Of a DNA stretch of 64,000 bases, positions 52,188-60,774 are shown piece after piece (position 1 is the stretch's first letter; each line of letters opens with the position of its first letter). Both the position numbers and the translations under genes were made by a program. The notes below the pieces were generated by a model, which worked only from the letters and a program-made list of their open reading frames with translations, was not told where the DNA came from and searched no databases. The stretch comes from Pyrobaculum sp. Lineage in GTDB: Archaea; Thermoproteota; Thermoprotei; Thermoproteales; Thermoproteaceae. The stretch covers positions 23,431 through 87,430 of the forward strand of contig JBKBOT010000003.1 in the NCBI GenBank assembly GCA_046293555.1, in the 5' to 3' direction.

Positions 52188-53600
52188 GTGCAGTTTAAAA
52201 AAACTATACGGGACCCCGTCCACGGCTTTATAAAACTCACGGGCGGGGAGGTGGAGCTGATTGACGGAGAGCCCTTCATCCAGCGGTTAAGACATGTGAA
52301 ACAGTTGGGTTTTGTCTATCTGGTGTACCCCACCGCCACCCACACCCGTTTTGACCACAGCCTGGGGGTTATGCACATAGCCACGTTGATAGGAGAGAAG
52401 ATAATGCAACAGACAGGCGGCGTCGATGAGAAGACGCTTAAACACCTACGCGTGGCAGCGTTGTTACACGACGTGGGGCATCTCCCCTACTCCCACTCCT
52501 TTGAGGCGTTGTCTAGAGAGCTTCTACACATGGCCGCCAGGGGGGGCTGTGTGGACGTGGATCTAGCCCTGTTTGATACGGGGAAGCCACATGAGGTCAC
52601 CACAAGGCTGTTAATAAGGCGGATCGCCCCAAGGCTGTCGGAACTGGGCTACAGCCCAGACTTTGTGGAAAGCCTGTTGTTTGACGGCAGGGAGCTGTTG
52701 GGCAACATACTTTCCGGCGTTTTTGACGCAGATAGGCTAGACTACATAATGCGGGATATGTACTTCACGGGGGCCGCCGTGGGGACCAGCTTTACCCATA
52801 TAGACCTGGAGAGGATAGTAGAGAACCTGGAGGTGGTGGGGGGGAGGTTTCAGTTTAACGAGAAGGCGCGGGTAAACCTAGAGGGGTACCTAATAACGCG
52901 GTATAATCTCTACAGGCATGTATATTTACACCACAAGACGGTGTTATTCACCGAGGTGGCCCGGCAGATTATTGCCCACAATATCGCCAAGTGTGGCCAA
53001 GGCTCTGGAGATGTGGAGATATGTCAATATCTCTGCGACCTCGCCCGTTTTATCGCCGGAAGGATGGAAAGAGAGGAGGCCTGGAAGGCTACAGACGATT
53101 ATTTTAACTCCATATTTATCAGAGACGCAAGATTTAGAGATCTGTTGTCTAGAAAGCCGCCTGATTACATAACTTTGTGGAAAAGAGAAAAGGACTTCAT
53201 AGAGGTGTTTAAAGACCCAGCCCGCCTCAACGAGTCTATAGACAGACTGGGGCCCCTCCACTGGGCGTTAATAGACAAGCTAAAGAAGAAGCTGGCGGAG
53301 AGACTCAACGTGGAGCTAGGTGACGGATGTCAGCTCTCGCCAGACGACTTGATTATTTCTTACGCCAGTTTTGACCCCCGCGTGGAGGATCTCCACATCT
53401 CCACATCTATGGGCCCCGTCTCTATTTCTGCCATCTCGCCGCTGGCAGAGGCGCTTAACGACGCGTGGAGGAGGGCGCCGCACGTATTTCTATACATAAG
53501 GAAAAGCGTGTTGGATAGATGTGGCGAGGGCGCGGCGGCCGGCCTAAAGTCGGTACTCGAGCCGCTTATGGAGCTAGCGGTGAGGAAGATCTCTCTATAG
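52188..53600 (+). CDS. HD-domain phosphohydrolase (SAMHD1-like dNTPase family)
   Basis: IRDPVHG, QRLRHVKQLG, HTRFDHSLG, LLHDVGHLPYSH, DADRLDY, VYLHH. Confidence 0.9.
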   Translation: MQFKKTIRDPVHGFIKLTGGEVELIDGEPFIQRLRHVKQLGFVYLVYPTATHTRFDHSLGVMHIATLIGEKIMQQTGGVDEKTLKHLRVAALLHDVGHLPYSHSFEALSRELLHMAARGGCVDVDLALFDTGKPHEVTTRLLIRRIAPRLSELGYSPDFVESLLFDGRELLGNILSGVFDADRLDYIMRDMYFTGAAVGTSFTHIDLERIVENLEVVGGRFQFNEKARVNLEGYLITRYNLYRHVYLHHKTVLFTEVARQIIAHNIAKCGQGSGDVEICQYLCDLARFIAGRMEREEAWKATDDYFNSIFIRDARFRDLLSRKPPDYITLWKREKDFIEVFKDPARLNESIDRLGPLHWALIDKLKKKLAERLNVELGDGCQLSPDDLIISYASFDPRVEDLHISTSMGPVSISAISPLAEALNDAWRRAPHVFLYIRKSVLDRCGEGAAAGLKSVLEPLMELAVRKISL

Positions 53601-53882
53601 GCCTAAGGTCCTCTTCACGTACTCCTCGACTATTTCTCTAGTCTGTTGGTAGACCCAGTGGCCTCTTTCAGACAGCTCCGCCACCCCGTCTCTAATGACC
53701 ACCTCCTGTCTGAGGAGTTCAGGCCACGTCTGCCAGTTGTATCTCACGCCTGCCCTCTCCACGGCCCTCTTTACGACCTCGTTTAGCTCCTCCACTGTTG
53801 CGGGGCCTTGGGCTAGACGCCTCATGACTACAAGCCTTATGTACTCCCCCACTGGGCTAAAACGGACGTATTGAGCATACAT
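53595..53882 (-). CDS. Small winged-helix-like hypothetical protein
   Basis: LAQGPATVEEL...AELSERG pattern; ATG 53882. Confidence 0.68.
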   Translation of the reverse strand: MYAQYVRFSPVGEYIRLVVMRRLAQGPATVEELNEVVKRAVERAGVRYNWQTWPELLRQEVVIRDGVAELSERGHWVYQQTREIVEEYVKRTLGL

Positions 53883-53972
53883 GGTAGAATTTTTCTCCAC
53901 GGTATTTATCTCCAAAAGTTAGAAAGACGCCACGTGGGGGTAAATTGAAAATACTCTACCCCCGGGCTTACA

Positions 53973-54797
53973 ATGGTGCCCGTGGTGTCGAGATGGCAGA
54001 TAGAGGAACTACGCCAGAGGGTAGAGGAGACATCGCTAGACCTGGAGCTAACTAGGTCAAAGGTGTATTACAGGGGGAATACCGCCTATTTTACATATAG
54101 AGGCGTCAACTACGAAGTCGAGCTGGACAGCCTCCCGGAGGTAGACGAGGAGAGCTGTGAGGTCTACGCGCTGGTGGGGGGACGGTGGCTAGAGCTGTCT
54201 ATTGCCGGCAGGCGGTTCTACAAGCTGTGTGTCTTCAGACGTGGGTGGGCCCCCACGTTGATGATAGACGGCGTCACTATGCACAGCGTGTTGGAAAACC
54301 CTCTTGATGTAACCCGGCGAAAGATCAGAAGGGCGTGGGGCAAGGTGTTGGAGTGTTGTACCGGCCTTGGCTACACGGCCGTGGAGGCTGTTAGACGCGG
54401 CGCGCGGCATGTCGTCACGGTGGAGATAGACCCAAATGTGATCACTCTGGCTAGATACAACCCATATAGCAGAGAGCTGTGGTCTCCCCACATAGACGTG
54501 GCGTTAGGAGACTGCCTCACATATGTGCAGACTCTTAAAGGCCAGAGTTTTGACTACATAATTCACGACCCCCCCAGGTTGAGTCACGCCACCCAGGGGC
54601 TTTACTCCGAGGCCCTATATGGGGAGTTCCACAGGGTGTTAAGACGGGGGGGAGGCCTCTTTCATTACGTCAGCCTTACAGGCATGAAATATAGAGGGCT
54701 AGACCCCATTAGGGGCGTGGCGGAGAGACTAAGGCGTGTGGGGTTTGTGGTGGAGGCCAGGAGGGGGGTGGGGGTATATGCCGTCAAGCCTAGATGA
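53973..54797 (+). CDS. Archaeal SAM-dependent methyltransferase (COG2521-like)
   Basis: APTLMIDGVTMH, VLECCTGLGYTA, IIHDPPR, LFHY. Confidence 0.86.
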   Translation: MVPVVSRWQIEELRQRVEETSLDLELTRSKVYYRGNTAYFTYRGVNYEVELDSLPEVDEESCEVYALVGGRWLELSIAGRRFYKLCVFRRGWAPTLMIDGVTMHSVLENPLDVTRRKIRRAWGKVLECCTGLGYTAVEAVRRGARHVVTVEIDPNVITLARYNPYSRELWSPHIDVALGDCLTYVQTLKGQSFDYIIHDPPRLSHATQGLYSEALYGEFHRVLRRGGGLFHYVSLTGMKYRGLDPIRGVAERLRRVGFVVEARRGVGVYAVKPR

Positions 54798-55815
54798 TTT
54801 TAGAAACCTTGTTTAAAACCACGGCGCCGCCGTTTATATACACCATGTCTTCTATACGCACGCCGCCCAGCCCCTCTATGTATACCCCAGGCTCTATAGT
54901 CACCACATGGCCCCGCCTCAAGATCTCCCTCGACGTGACAAATAGGCGGGGCGGCTCGTGTACCTCCACCCCGACGCCGTGGCCTGTAGAGTGTATATAA
55001 TATCCGCCAAAGCCGTATTCAGACAGCACCTCTCGCGCCGCCTTATCTACCTCAGCCGCCGGGACGCCCTCGCCGGCTTTTCTCTCAGCCGCCTTAATGG
55101 CCTCATATACTGCATACATGGCGTCTCTAAGCGCCGGGTGGCGTCCCACCGTAAAGGTTCTCGTCATGTCGGAACAATACACGCCGGCCTTAGCCCCAAT
55201 GTCCACCACCACGTAGTCCCCATGGGAGATCTTCCTATCTCCAAACCTGTAGTGTGGGTAGGCCCCGTTGGGCCCCGAGGCCACTATGGGGTCAAAAGCC
55301 ACGCCGTCTGCGCCATCTTCTATAAGCCATCTATACACCAACGCCGCAACGTCGCGTTCCCTCATGCCAACTAGGTTAAGTCTGGCCAAGTTCTGGAAGA
55401 CCCCCTCGGTGATCTCAAGCGCCCTTCTGATCTTCTCCACCTCCCACCCCTCCTTCACAGCCCTCAGCTCTAAGATCTCCGCGCTTACGTCTACCCCAAG
55501 CTCCCTGTTGTCTGAAGCTATCTTCCTCTCTCCCACCTTCCTCACCACCTCGGCGAGGCTGGCCACGATCTCCTCTCCAGGCCTCCTTGGTGGGATTTCC
55601 GCAGAGGCGATAGCCACCACCTTGTCCACATTGGCGACAGCCCTCGCCCTCGTGTAGTCCAGCCTGGAGACGTAGAGTGTGGAATATCCGGTGGCCAGCT
55701 CGACTACAAGCCCCACGGCGTCTGGCATACCTACAGCATACGCCAGATTTGCCCTACCTGTTAACACCAGGGCGTCAAACCTCTCTGAAAAAGTTTGTAC
55801 CAGCTTTTTTATCAT
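54790..55815 (-). CDS. Xaa-Pro peptidase (M24B)
   Basis: FDPIVASG, YPH, DIG...SDMTRT, HSTGHGVG, TIEPG, GVRIED. Confidence 0.93.
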   Translation of the reverse strand: MIKKLVQTFSERFDALVLTGRANLAYAVGMPDAVGLVVELATGYSTLYVSRLDYTRARAVANVDKVVAIASAEIPPRRPGEEIVASLAEVVRKVGERKIASDNRELGVDVSAEILELRAVKEGWEVEKIRRALEITEGVFQNLARLNLVGMRERDVAALVYRWLIEDGADGVAFDPIVASGPNGAYPHYRFGDRKISHGDYVVVDIGAKAGVYCSDMTRTFTVGRHPALRDAMYAVYEAIKAAERKAGEGVPAAEVDKAAREVLSEYGFGGYYIHSTGHGVGVEVHEPPRLFVTSREILRRGHVVTIEPGVYIEGLGGVRIEDMVYINGGAVVLNKVSKII

Positions 55816-55830
55816 GGGGGCCTTTTGGCA

Positions 55831-56214
55831 CTAATTTATTTTCTTTACCGGCACAGGCCTTTCATACCTCCTCACCACGGTGAAATAAATTACGGTGACA
55901 GGGTCTTCTTCATCCACGTCGCCATATATCTCTCTCAGCTCTTGTAACAACACCTCTCTAGACTCAAGCCCCTCGGCCTTAATTACCTCTTCACCCACCC
56001 TACCTAACTTGGTGTAATACACCTTGGTGATTACAGCCTCCGCATAGATGTGTTCACAACAGACTATATACATAAAGCTGAACCTAGGCCTTACGACCCC
56101 ATGTCTTATAGTCACCCTCTTGACGCCAGTTAGCACCTTCTCTAGGTACCTCTCTCTAAACTTCAGGTAGGGCCCCAGCTCTGCCTCCCGCCTCACGCGA
56201 AAGCCCCCCACCAT
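55831..56214 (-). CDS. ASCH-domain protein
   Basis: LKF...VLTGVKRVTIR (GxKxxTxR), EG, LREIY. Confidence 0.85.
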   Translation of the reverse strand: MVGGFRVRREAELGPYLKFRERYLEKVLTGVKRVTIRHGVVRPRFSFMYIVCCEHIYAEAVITKVYYTKLGRVGEEVIKAEGLESREVLLQELREIYGDVDEEDPVTVIYFTVVRRYERPVPVKKIN

Positions 56215-56285
56215 GTGGACTTGTGGAGTTGTTTATAGTCTTTACAGAGGTACAAACCTTTAAATTTTTACCTAACTAACGGCAT

Positions 56286-56774
56286 GTGTGTGAAGTGACT
56301 TCAGCTGGCGACACTCTCGTCTTCTCCAGCCCCGAGCTCGAGCTGGCCCTGGCTTACCTCACGGCGAGAAACATGGCGGAGAAAATCGAGCTTCGAGAAG
56401 GAGCTCTATATATCTCCCCAGCGTTGCCCGAACTGGCGGAGTCGTTAAAGGTGCTTTGCGTCTCCGACGTCTCTACACTCCTCCTAGACGTAAAAGAGGC
56501 CCTCCTACACCTAGGGTGGCTTGTCGACGGCGTGAAAGACGTCAAGAAGATTAGAAAGAGCCGGCGTGTAGGCGTGTCAGACCTCGTGGTGGTTGAATAC
56601 GACAAGCTGGAGAGAAAACTCTCCGTCTTTACCACCCGGCGTTGCCTCGCCCAGTTTTTAAAACAAGAGGCCTTTGAGGTGTCTGAATTTAGACACATGT
56701 TGGAGGCTTGGAAAAAGGCCTCCTCCCTAGTGGAGGCCATAGAGCTAGGCGAGAGGGTACTCCAGACATGTTAG
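56286..56774 (+). CDS. Hypothetical protein
   Basis: 162-aa ORF after a TTTAAA box; overlaps the next gene. Confidence 0.72.
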   Translation: MCEVTSAGDTLVFSSPELELALAYLTARNMAEKIELREGALYISPALPELAESLKVLCVSDVSTLLLDVKEALLHLGWLVDGVKDVKKIRKSRRVGVSDLVVVEYDKLERKLSVFTTRRCLAQFLKQEAFEVSEFRHMLEAWKKASSLVEAIELGERVLQTC

Positions 56775-57106
56775 CCGTGGCGATACTTGTGGTTCAGCTG
56801 TTGGTAATCACCCTGGCTGCATACACCGGCCGTGAGAAGATAAAAAGACTTATGGATAACGCGAGAGAGGAGGCAGCCGTAGAGACAGGCGACATGTCGG
56901 AAGTGGACCGCGCCATCTTGAGGTTTCTAGAGGCACGCCAGGGCGTGGTCTACCAGAGCGAGATAATTAAAGAGCTGGGCCTCCCCAAGAGCACAGTACA
57001 TAAGGCGTTGAGGAGACTGGCGGAGGGGGGGTACGTGGAGATAGAGAAGAGGGGGAAATTTAACGTGGTGATCTTAAAGACTACCTTAAAGGCCTCAGTA
57101 GCTTAA
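56768..57106 (+). CDS. Membrane-anchored winged-helix protein
   Basis: N-terminal hydrophobic helix, then VYQSEIIKELGLPKSTVHKALRRL..GYVEIEKRGK. Confidence 0.82.
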   Translation: MLAVAILVVQLLVITLAAYTGREKIKRLMDNAREEAAVETGDMSEVDRAILRFLEARQGVVYQSEIIKELGLPKSTVHKALRRLAEGGYVEIEKRGKFNVVILKTTLKASVA

Positions 57107-57500
57107 CCTCCCCGTAGTTCCTCAAGACGTCAATTATAAGCGGGAGCGGGTCGTCGTCAAGACTCTTATATCCAGCCACCTTTACGCTATCTTCAGCCAC
57201 ACGTATAAACCCGCCGCCAGCTCTCACAGTCACCTCCCTAGGGCCAAAAATTATCTTAAACAGCTTTCTCGCCTGTCCCAACCTCGCCGCAATCTCTGCC
57301 GCAAGGTCAAGTTGCTCCCTTGTGGGCTTCCCCCTGGGCTTTCTTTTCTTCAACTCGCCGAGATCCTCCTGGCTGAAGTCACCCTTTACGAGGCCCCTCA
57401 CCCTATCTACTAACGCCAAGTCGCCCTCGTAGCCCACAACCTCGATATTTTCGCCATTTTTCACCCTAGCCACAACCTCTCCAAGCGTCAGCCTTTCCAC
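57081..57500 (-). CDS. Hypothetical protein
   Basis: GTG 57500 (VERLTLGEV...) after a shared TATA; the upstream part of the ORF-track call overlaps another gene. Confidence 0.68.
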   Translation of the reverse strand: MERLTLGEVVARVKNGENIEVVGYEGDLALVDRVRGLVKGDFSQEDLGELKKRKPRGKPTREQLDLAAEIAARLGQARKLFKIIFGPREVTVRAGGGFIRVAEDSVKVAGYKSLDDDPLPLIIDVLRNYGEVKLLRPLR

Positions 57501-57540
57501 AGCGAGATAAATATTCTTAAATAAATATATTGGCTGTGAC

Positions 57541-57711
57541 GTGGATAGCGAATATCTCGCCCAGTTGTCAAGATGCCCCTCCTGCAGTAGGGAGATGGAG
57601 GTCACAAGCCAGTTTCTACGGGTTGAACACTCTGGAAGGAAGATACTTGAGAAGACTCTTTTCTGTAGGCCATGTAACATAAAAATAAGGCAGTACCTAC
57701 AGCTGACATGA
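57541..57711 (+). CDS. 56-aa Zn-ribbon protein (not in the ORF track)
   Basis: MDSEYLAQLSRCPSCSREMEV...TLFCRPCNIKIRQYLQLT; GTG start after a TATA box; stop overlaps the next ATG (ATGA). Confidence 0.82.
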   Translation: MDSEYLAQLSRCPSCSREMEVTSQFLRVEHSGRKILEKTLFCRPCNIKIRQYLQLT

Positions 57712-58208
57712 GCAGAGCTTTACACTACCGGAGGATAGAAGAGCAAAAACGGCGGTTCGCTCTATACGCCATCGCCACTGTGGTTTTCTACATGGCGACG
57801 CTACTTGTGGGCACCATTGCCTACACCTGGGGCGGCGAGTCTCTCTCCATCTACCTAAGCCTAGAGGCCGCCACACGGAAGGGAGGCCTCCCCCTCTTTT
57901 TCCAAAGCCTTTTGGCGCTCCTGTCGTTTATCGCCCTGGTTGTATCTATGGCGTTGATATTTCTGGCTAAATCCAGCACGTCGATGGGGGAGTTCTCTTC
58001 TAGCAAGAAGCTTATCTACGCCGCAGCTGCCACCACAGCTGTCGCCACGGCCTTTGCCGCAGCCGCATTGGCGCCGCCGGCTGCCGGCTATATAAACGAG
58101 TTTTATTACATATATCTGGGCATGTTGGCCGCCTCCCTGGCCCTCTCGTCTTACGCCCTGACGTTACTAAAAGGCGTCACGAAGTTCTACACGCCGAGGC
58201 GGAAATAA
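57708..58208 (+). CDS. 4-TM membrane protein
   Basis: Four hydrophobic segments; translationally coupled to the Zn-ribbon gene. Confidence 0.75.
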   Translation: MSRALHYRRIEEQKRRFALYAIATVVFYMATLLVGTIAYTWGGESLSIYLSLEAATRKGGLPLFFQSLLALLSFIALVVSMALIFLAKSSTSMGEFSSSKKLIYAAAATTAVATAFAAAALAPPAAGYINEFYYIYLGMLAASLALSSYALTLLKGVTKFYTPRRK

Positions 58209-58726
58209 CGGCTGGGGTCTTGGCTCTTCTCTATCAGCGATAGGCTCACCAGGGCGTTTAGCAGGTTGTTTATAGGCGCCTCTAGCCCCACGCAGTTAAA
58301 CTCGGCGCAGAATACCTTCAGCGGGTGGTACAGGTCGAGTCTCACAACGTATGGAGTCTTGAGTAGCTTCGATATGACGTCCTCTCTAAAGACAGACGCC
58401 ACCCAGAGGGGGAAGGCCCCCTCTTTTTTCTCCCTTTTTAACAGCTTCACGAGGCCCATGAGGCTTTTTAAAAACGCCACCCCCAGCTCCACCCTCTGGT
58501 ATTTCTCCAGCTGTGTGGCAACACGTTTGCCTAAATCCACATATACGTCTAGCTTGGGCTCAAGACTTTTTACAAACTTAACGCCCTCTACCGCCATGTC
58601 GCACCTCATCTTGTCTAGACAGTGGCTACAAATATCGCCGAGTTTCTCCCTGGCGCATACCACACAGCTGTCTACAAGCCGGCACATATCTAGGGCAGGC
58701 ATGGCGAAGCCACACGACTTGCACAT
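58187..58726 (-). CDS. Cys-rich hypothetical protein
   Basis: CKSC, C, CVVC, CSHC...C at the N-terminus; start ATG 58726 or GTG 58759. Confidence 0.75.
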   Translation of the reverse strand: MCKSCGFAMPALDMCRLVDSCVVCAREKLGDICSHCLDKMRCDMAVEGVKFVKSLEPKLDVYVDLGKRVATQLEKYQRVELGVAFLKSLMGLVKLLKREKKEGAFPLWVASVFREDVISKLLKTPYVVRLDLYHPLKVFCAEFNCVGLEAPINNLLNALVSLSLIEKSQDPSRYFRLGV

Positions 58727-58791
58727 GCCCACCCCCCCTGCGGCATATAGATTGCCCACGTTATATAAATACCTCTATATTAACTAAACGC

Positions 58792-59670
58792 ATGAGCGTC
58801 GTCATAGTGGCCGAGTCTCAAACTCCGGACGAGCCCACACGAGACATCTACTTTGAGGCCAAGAGGAGGGGACTCCCCGTGAGATATGTCCCCATCCAGA
58901 GGCTTTCCGTAAAGATATCTAGAGAGGGGGTCACAGTGACCACGAGGAGGGGGCCTCTAGACGCCTCGGCGGTAGTGGTGAGGGGGCTTGGATATGTGGT
59001 AGATTCAAGCACATTAATGCGGCGGGTTTCAGTACTGAAAATTCTTGAGGAAAGCGGCGTGGCGACAATAAATCCGGTAGACTCCTTTATGACGTGTAGA
59101 AACAAGCTGGAGAGTATATATCTCCTAAATAGGGCAGGCGTCCCGGTGCCCCCCACTATAGCTACAGAAGATCTATACTACGGATATGTGGCAGCTAGGG
59201 AGATGGGGAAGGTGGTGTTAAAGCCTCTACAGGGCAGCCGTGGTTTTGGCTCCATGCTTTTTGAAGACCCGGAACAGGCCTTTCAGGTAATGCGGACATT
59301 ACTCATAGCTAAAAACCCCCTATACATACAGAAGTATGTAGAAAAGCCAAATAGAGACATCAGGATTATTGTAGTCAACGGGAGGCCCATAGGCTGTATG
59401 TACAGAATTTCTACCAGCTGGAAGACAAATATCGCCCAGGGCGCCGTGGGGGTGGCCTGTAGGCTAACCCCAGAGCTGGAGGAACTTGCGGTAAAGGCCA
59501 CGAGGACTTTAGGCCTAATATACTCCGGCGTGGATATCGGGGAGGGGGCAGAGGGCTATGTGGTGTTTGAAGTAAACGCGAGTCCCGACTGGCGCGGCTT
59601 TAAGCAAGCCACGGGGGTAAACCCAGCCGTATATCTTACAGACTATATCCAACAGCTTGCGAGGCGGTGA
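58792..59670 (+). CDS. RimK/LysX-family ATP-grasp alpha-L-glutamate ligase
   Basis: CRNK, VPVPPT, KPLQGSRG, YIQKYV..PNRDIR, WKTNIAQG, SGVDI, FEVN. Confidence 0.9.
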   Translation: MSVVIVAESQTPDEPTRDIYFEAKRRGLPVRYVPIQRLSVKISREGVTVTTRRGPLDASAVVVRGLGYVVDSSTLMRRVSVLKILEESGVATINPVDSFMTCRNKLESIYLLNRAGVPVPPTIATEDLYYGYVAAREMGKVVLKPLQGSRGFGSMLFEDPEQAFQVMRTLLIAKNPLYIQKYVEKPNRDIRIIVVNGRPIGCMYRISTSWKTNIAQGAVGVACRLTPELEELAVKATRTLGLIYSGVDIGEGAEGYVVFEVNASPDWRGFKQATGVNPAVYLTDYIQQLARR

Positions 59671-59858
59671 TGACCCGATGGGAGCTAAAATGTGTGGCCT
59701 GCGGCGAGGAGAGAGTCTTTGAGGCAGGGTTCAACCTGGCCGTGTTTGGAGGCAAGATATATCTGTACTGCAGGAAGTGTAGGGCCAATAGAGAACATAT
59801 AATCCTGGGCTGTCTCGACGGCGAGTGTCCCGCCGCCGGTGTAGACGTGATTGACTAA
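59667..59858 (+). CDS. Small Zn-ribbon protein coupled to the RimK-like ligase
   Basis: CVAC...CRKC and an acidic tail; GTGA overlap with the ligase stop. Confidence 0.78.
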   Translation: MMTRWELKCVACGEERVFEAGFNLAVFGGKIYLYCRKCRANREHIILGCLDGECPAAGVDVID

Positions 59859-60526
59859 CAGACCAGCCTGAGCTGTATGACGCTACTTGTGATCAGATGG
59901 GCCAACGCGTTGACGCTACCCAGAGTGTTTAACACCTTCCCCAACTCCTCCAGCTCCGACTCGTCCAGCTTGTCTAACAGCCTCTTTGCCTCCAGCCTCT
60001 CCCTCTTTTTCTCCAGCTCTGTTTTTAGCTGAAGGAGAGACTGGCTTACCGACGCCATGCCTTTCTCCATGTCCATACAGACGGCCCTCAGCCTCTTCTC
60101 CTTCTCCTGAAGTCTCCTCACCTGCTCGTTGTAGACATCCATACCTATTACGCCCCTTAATAAGGCCTCCTCTAGCCTCTGGTATGACTTATCTAGCTCA
60201 CCTCTAGACTTCCTCAGCTCCTCCACAAGCCTATTCACCTCTCTGACCTTAACCTCAAAAAACTTGGGCAGGGCAGAGACGTCTAGATCCACATACTCCT
60301 TGGTTATCTTTACCCTCACGTCTGAGGTGTCTAGATGGTAGGATTGGCCGTTGGAGTCCTTTATCTCAATAGAGACGAGCTTCTTCTTCTTTACGTCAAA
60401 TTCCCCCCTCTCCGCAACCCCTAATAACAACACGCCGCCGACATATACAGGCTTCCCCCTCACCGTAGGTAGTTTTAACTCCCTCTTCTCAGCTCTAGCC
60501 GAGAAAAACCGCCACACCACGTCCAC
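59855..60526 (-). CDS. PRC-barrel plus coiled-coil protein (CdvA-like architecture)
   Basis: GKPVY..G..LG...FD...LVSIEI beta region, then a long heptad coiled coil with LEEALLRGVIGMDVY. Confidence 0.7.
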   Translation of the reverse strand: MDVVWRFFSARAEKRELKLPTVRGKPVYVGGVLLLGVAERGEFDVKKKKLVSIEIKDSNGQSYHLDTSDVRVKITKEYVDLDVSALPKFFEVKVREVNRLVEELRKSRGELDKSYQRLEEALLRGVIGMDVYNEQVRRLQEKEKRLRAVCMDMEKGMASVSQSLLQLKTELEKKRERLEAKRLLDKLDESELEELGKVLNTLGSVNALAHLITSSVIQLRLVC

Positions 60527-60539
60527 CTTGTGGACATAA

Positions 60540-60548
60540 CTAAAAAAG
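60540..60548 (-). terminator. Oligo-U terminator after the tRNA-Pro/sRNA unit
   Basis: Minus-strand CTTTTTTAG about 30 nt past the sRNA D box. Confidence 0.45.
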
Positions 60549-60574
60549 CCAAGGTTTAAGATAAGCTATTTGCC

Positions 60575-60630
60575 AAGTCAGCAAGTCTCCTTCTTCACCT
60601 ATCAGAGCGGCGGCGTTAGGTCATCACACA
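60575..60630 (-). ncRNA. C/D-box guide sRNA immediately downstream of tRNA-Pro
   Basis: Minus strand reads GTGATGA-CCTAACGCCGCCGCT-CTGA-TAG-GTGAAGA-AGGAGACTTG-CTGA (C, D', C', D). Confidence 0.88.
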
Positions 60631-60639
60631 ACGAGAAGT

Positions 60640-60732
60640 TGGGGCCGCCGGGATTTGAACCCGGGATCACCGGCGATCTGGTGCGGGGCTCAGCCCCAGG
60701 CCGGCATCCTAGCCAGGCTAGACTACGGCCCC
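60640..60732 (-). tRNA. tRNA-Pro(GGG) with an 18-nt canonical (37/38) intron at 60676-60693
   Basis: GGGGCCG/CGGCCCC acceptor, anticodon GGG, intron CTGAGCCCCGCACCAGAT forming a BHB (CTGG/CCAG helix), GGTTCAAATCC. Confidence 0.95.
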
Positions 60733-60774
60733 TTGGCTCTCCACAGTTTTTTATTTAAATCTTTTACCACCATC

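Noticed and set aside
59667-59710. GTGATGA as a C box
   Set aside because: Explained by the stop/start overlap; no properly spaced C' and D boxes follow.
60655-60774. N-terminal extension of the nitrilase ORF and the 62-aa ORF 60570-60758
   Set aside because: They run antisense through tRNA-Pro and the C/D sRNA; the real start is GTG 60775.
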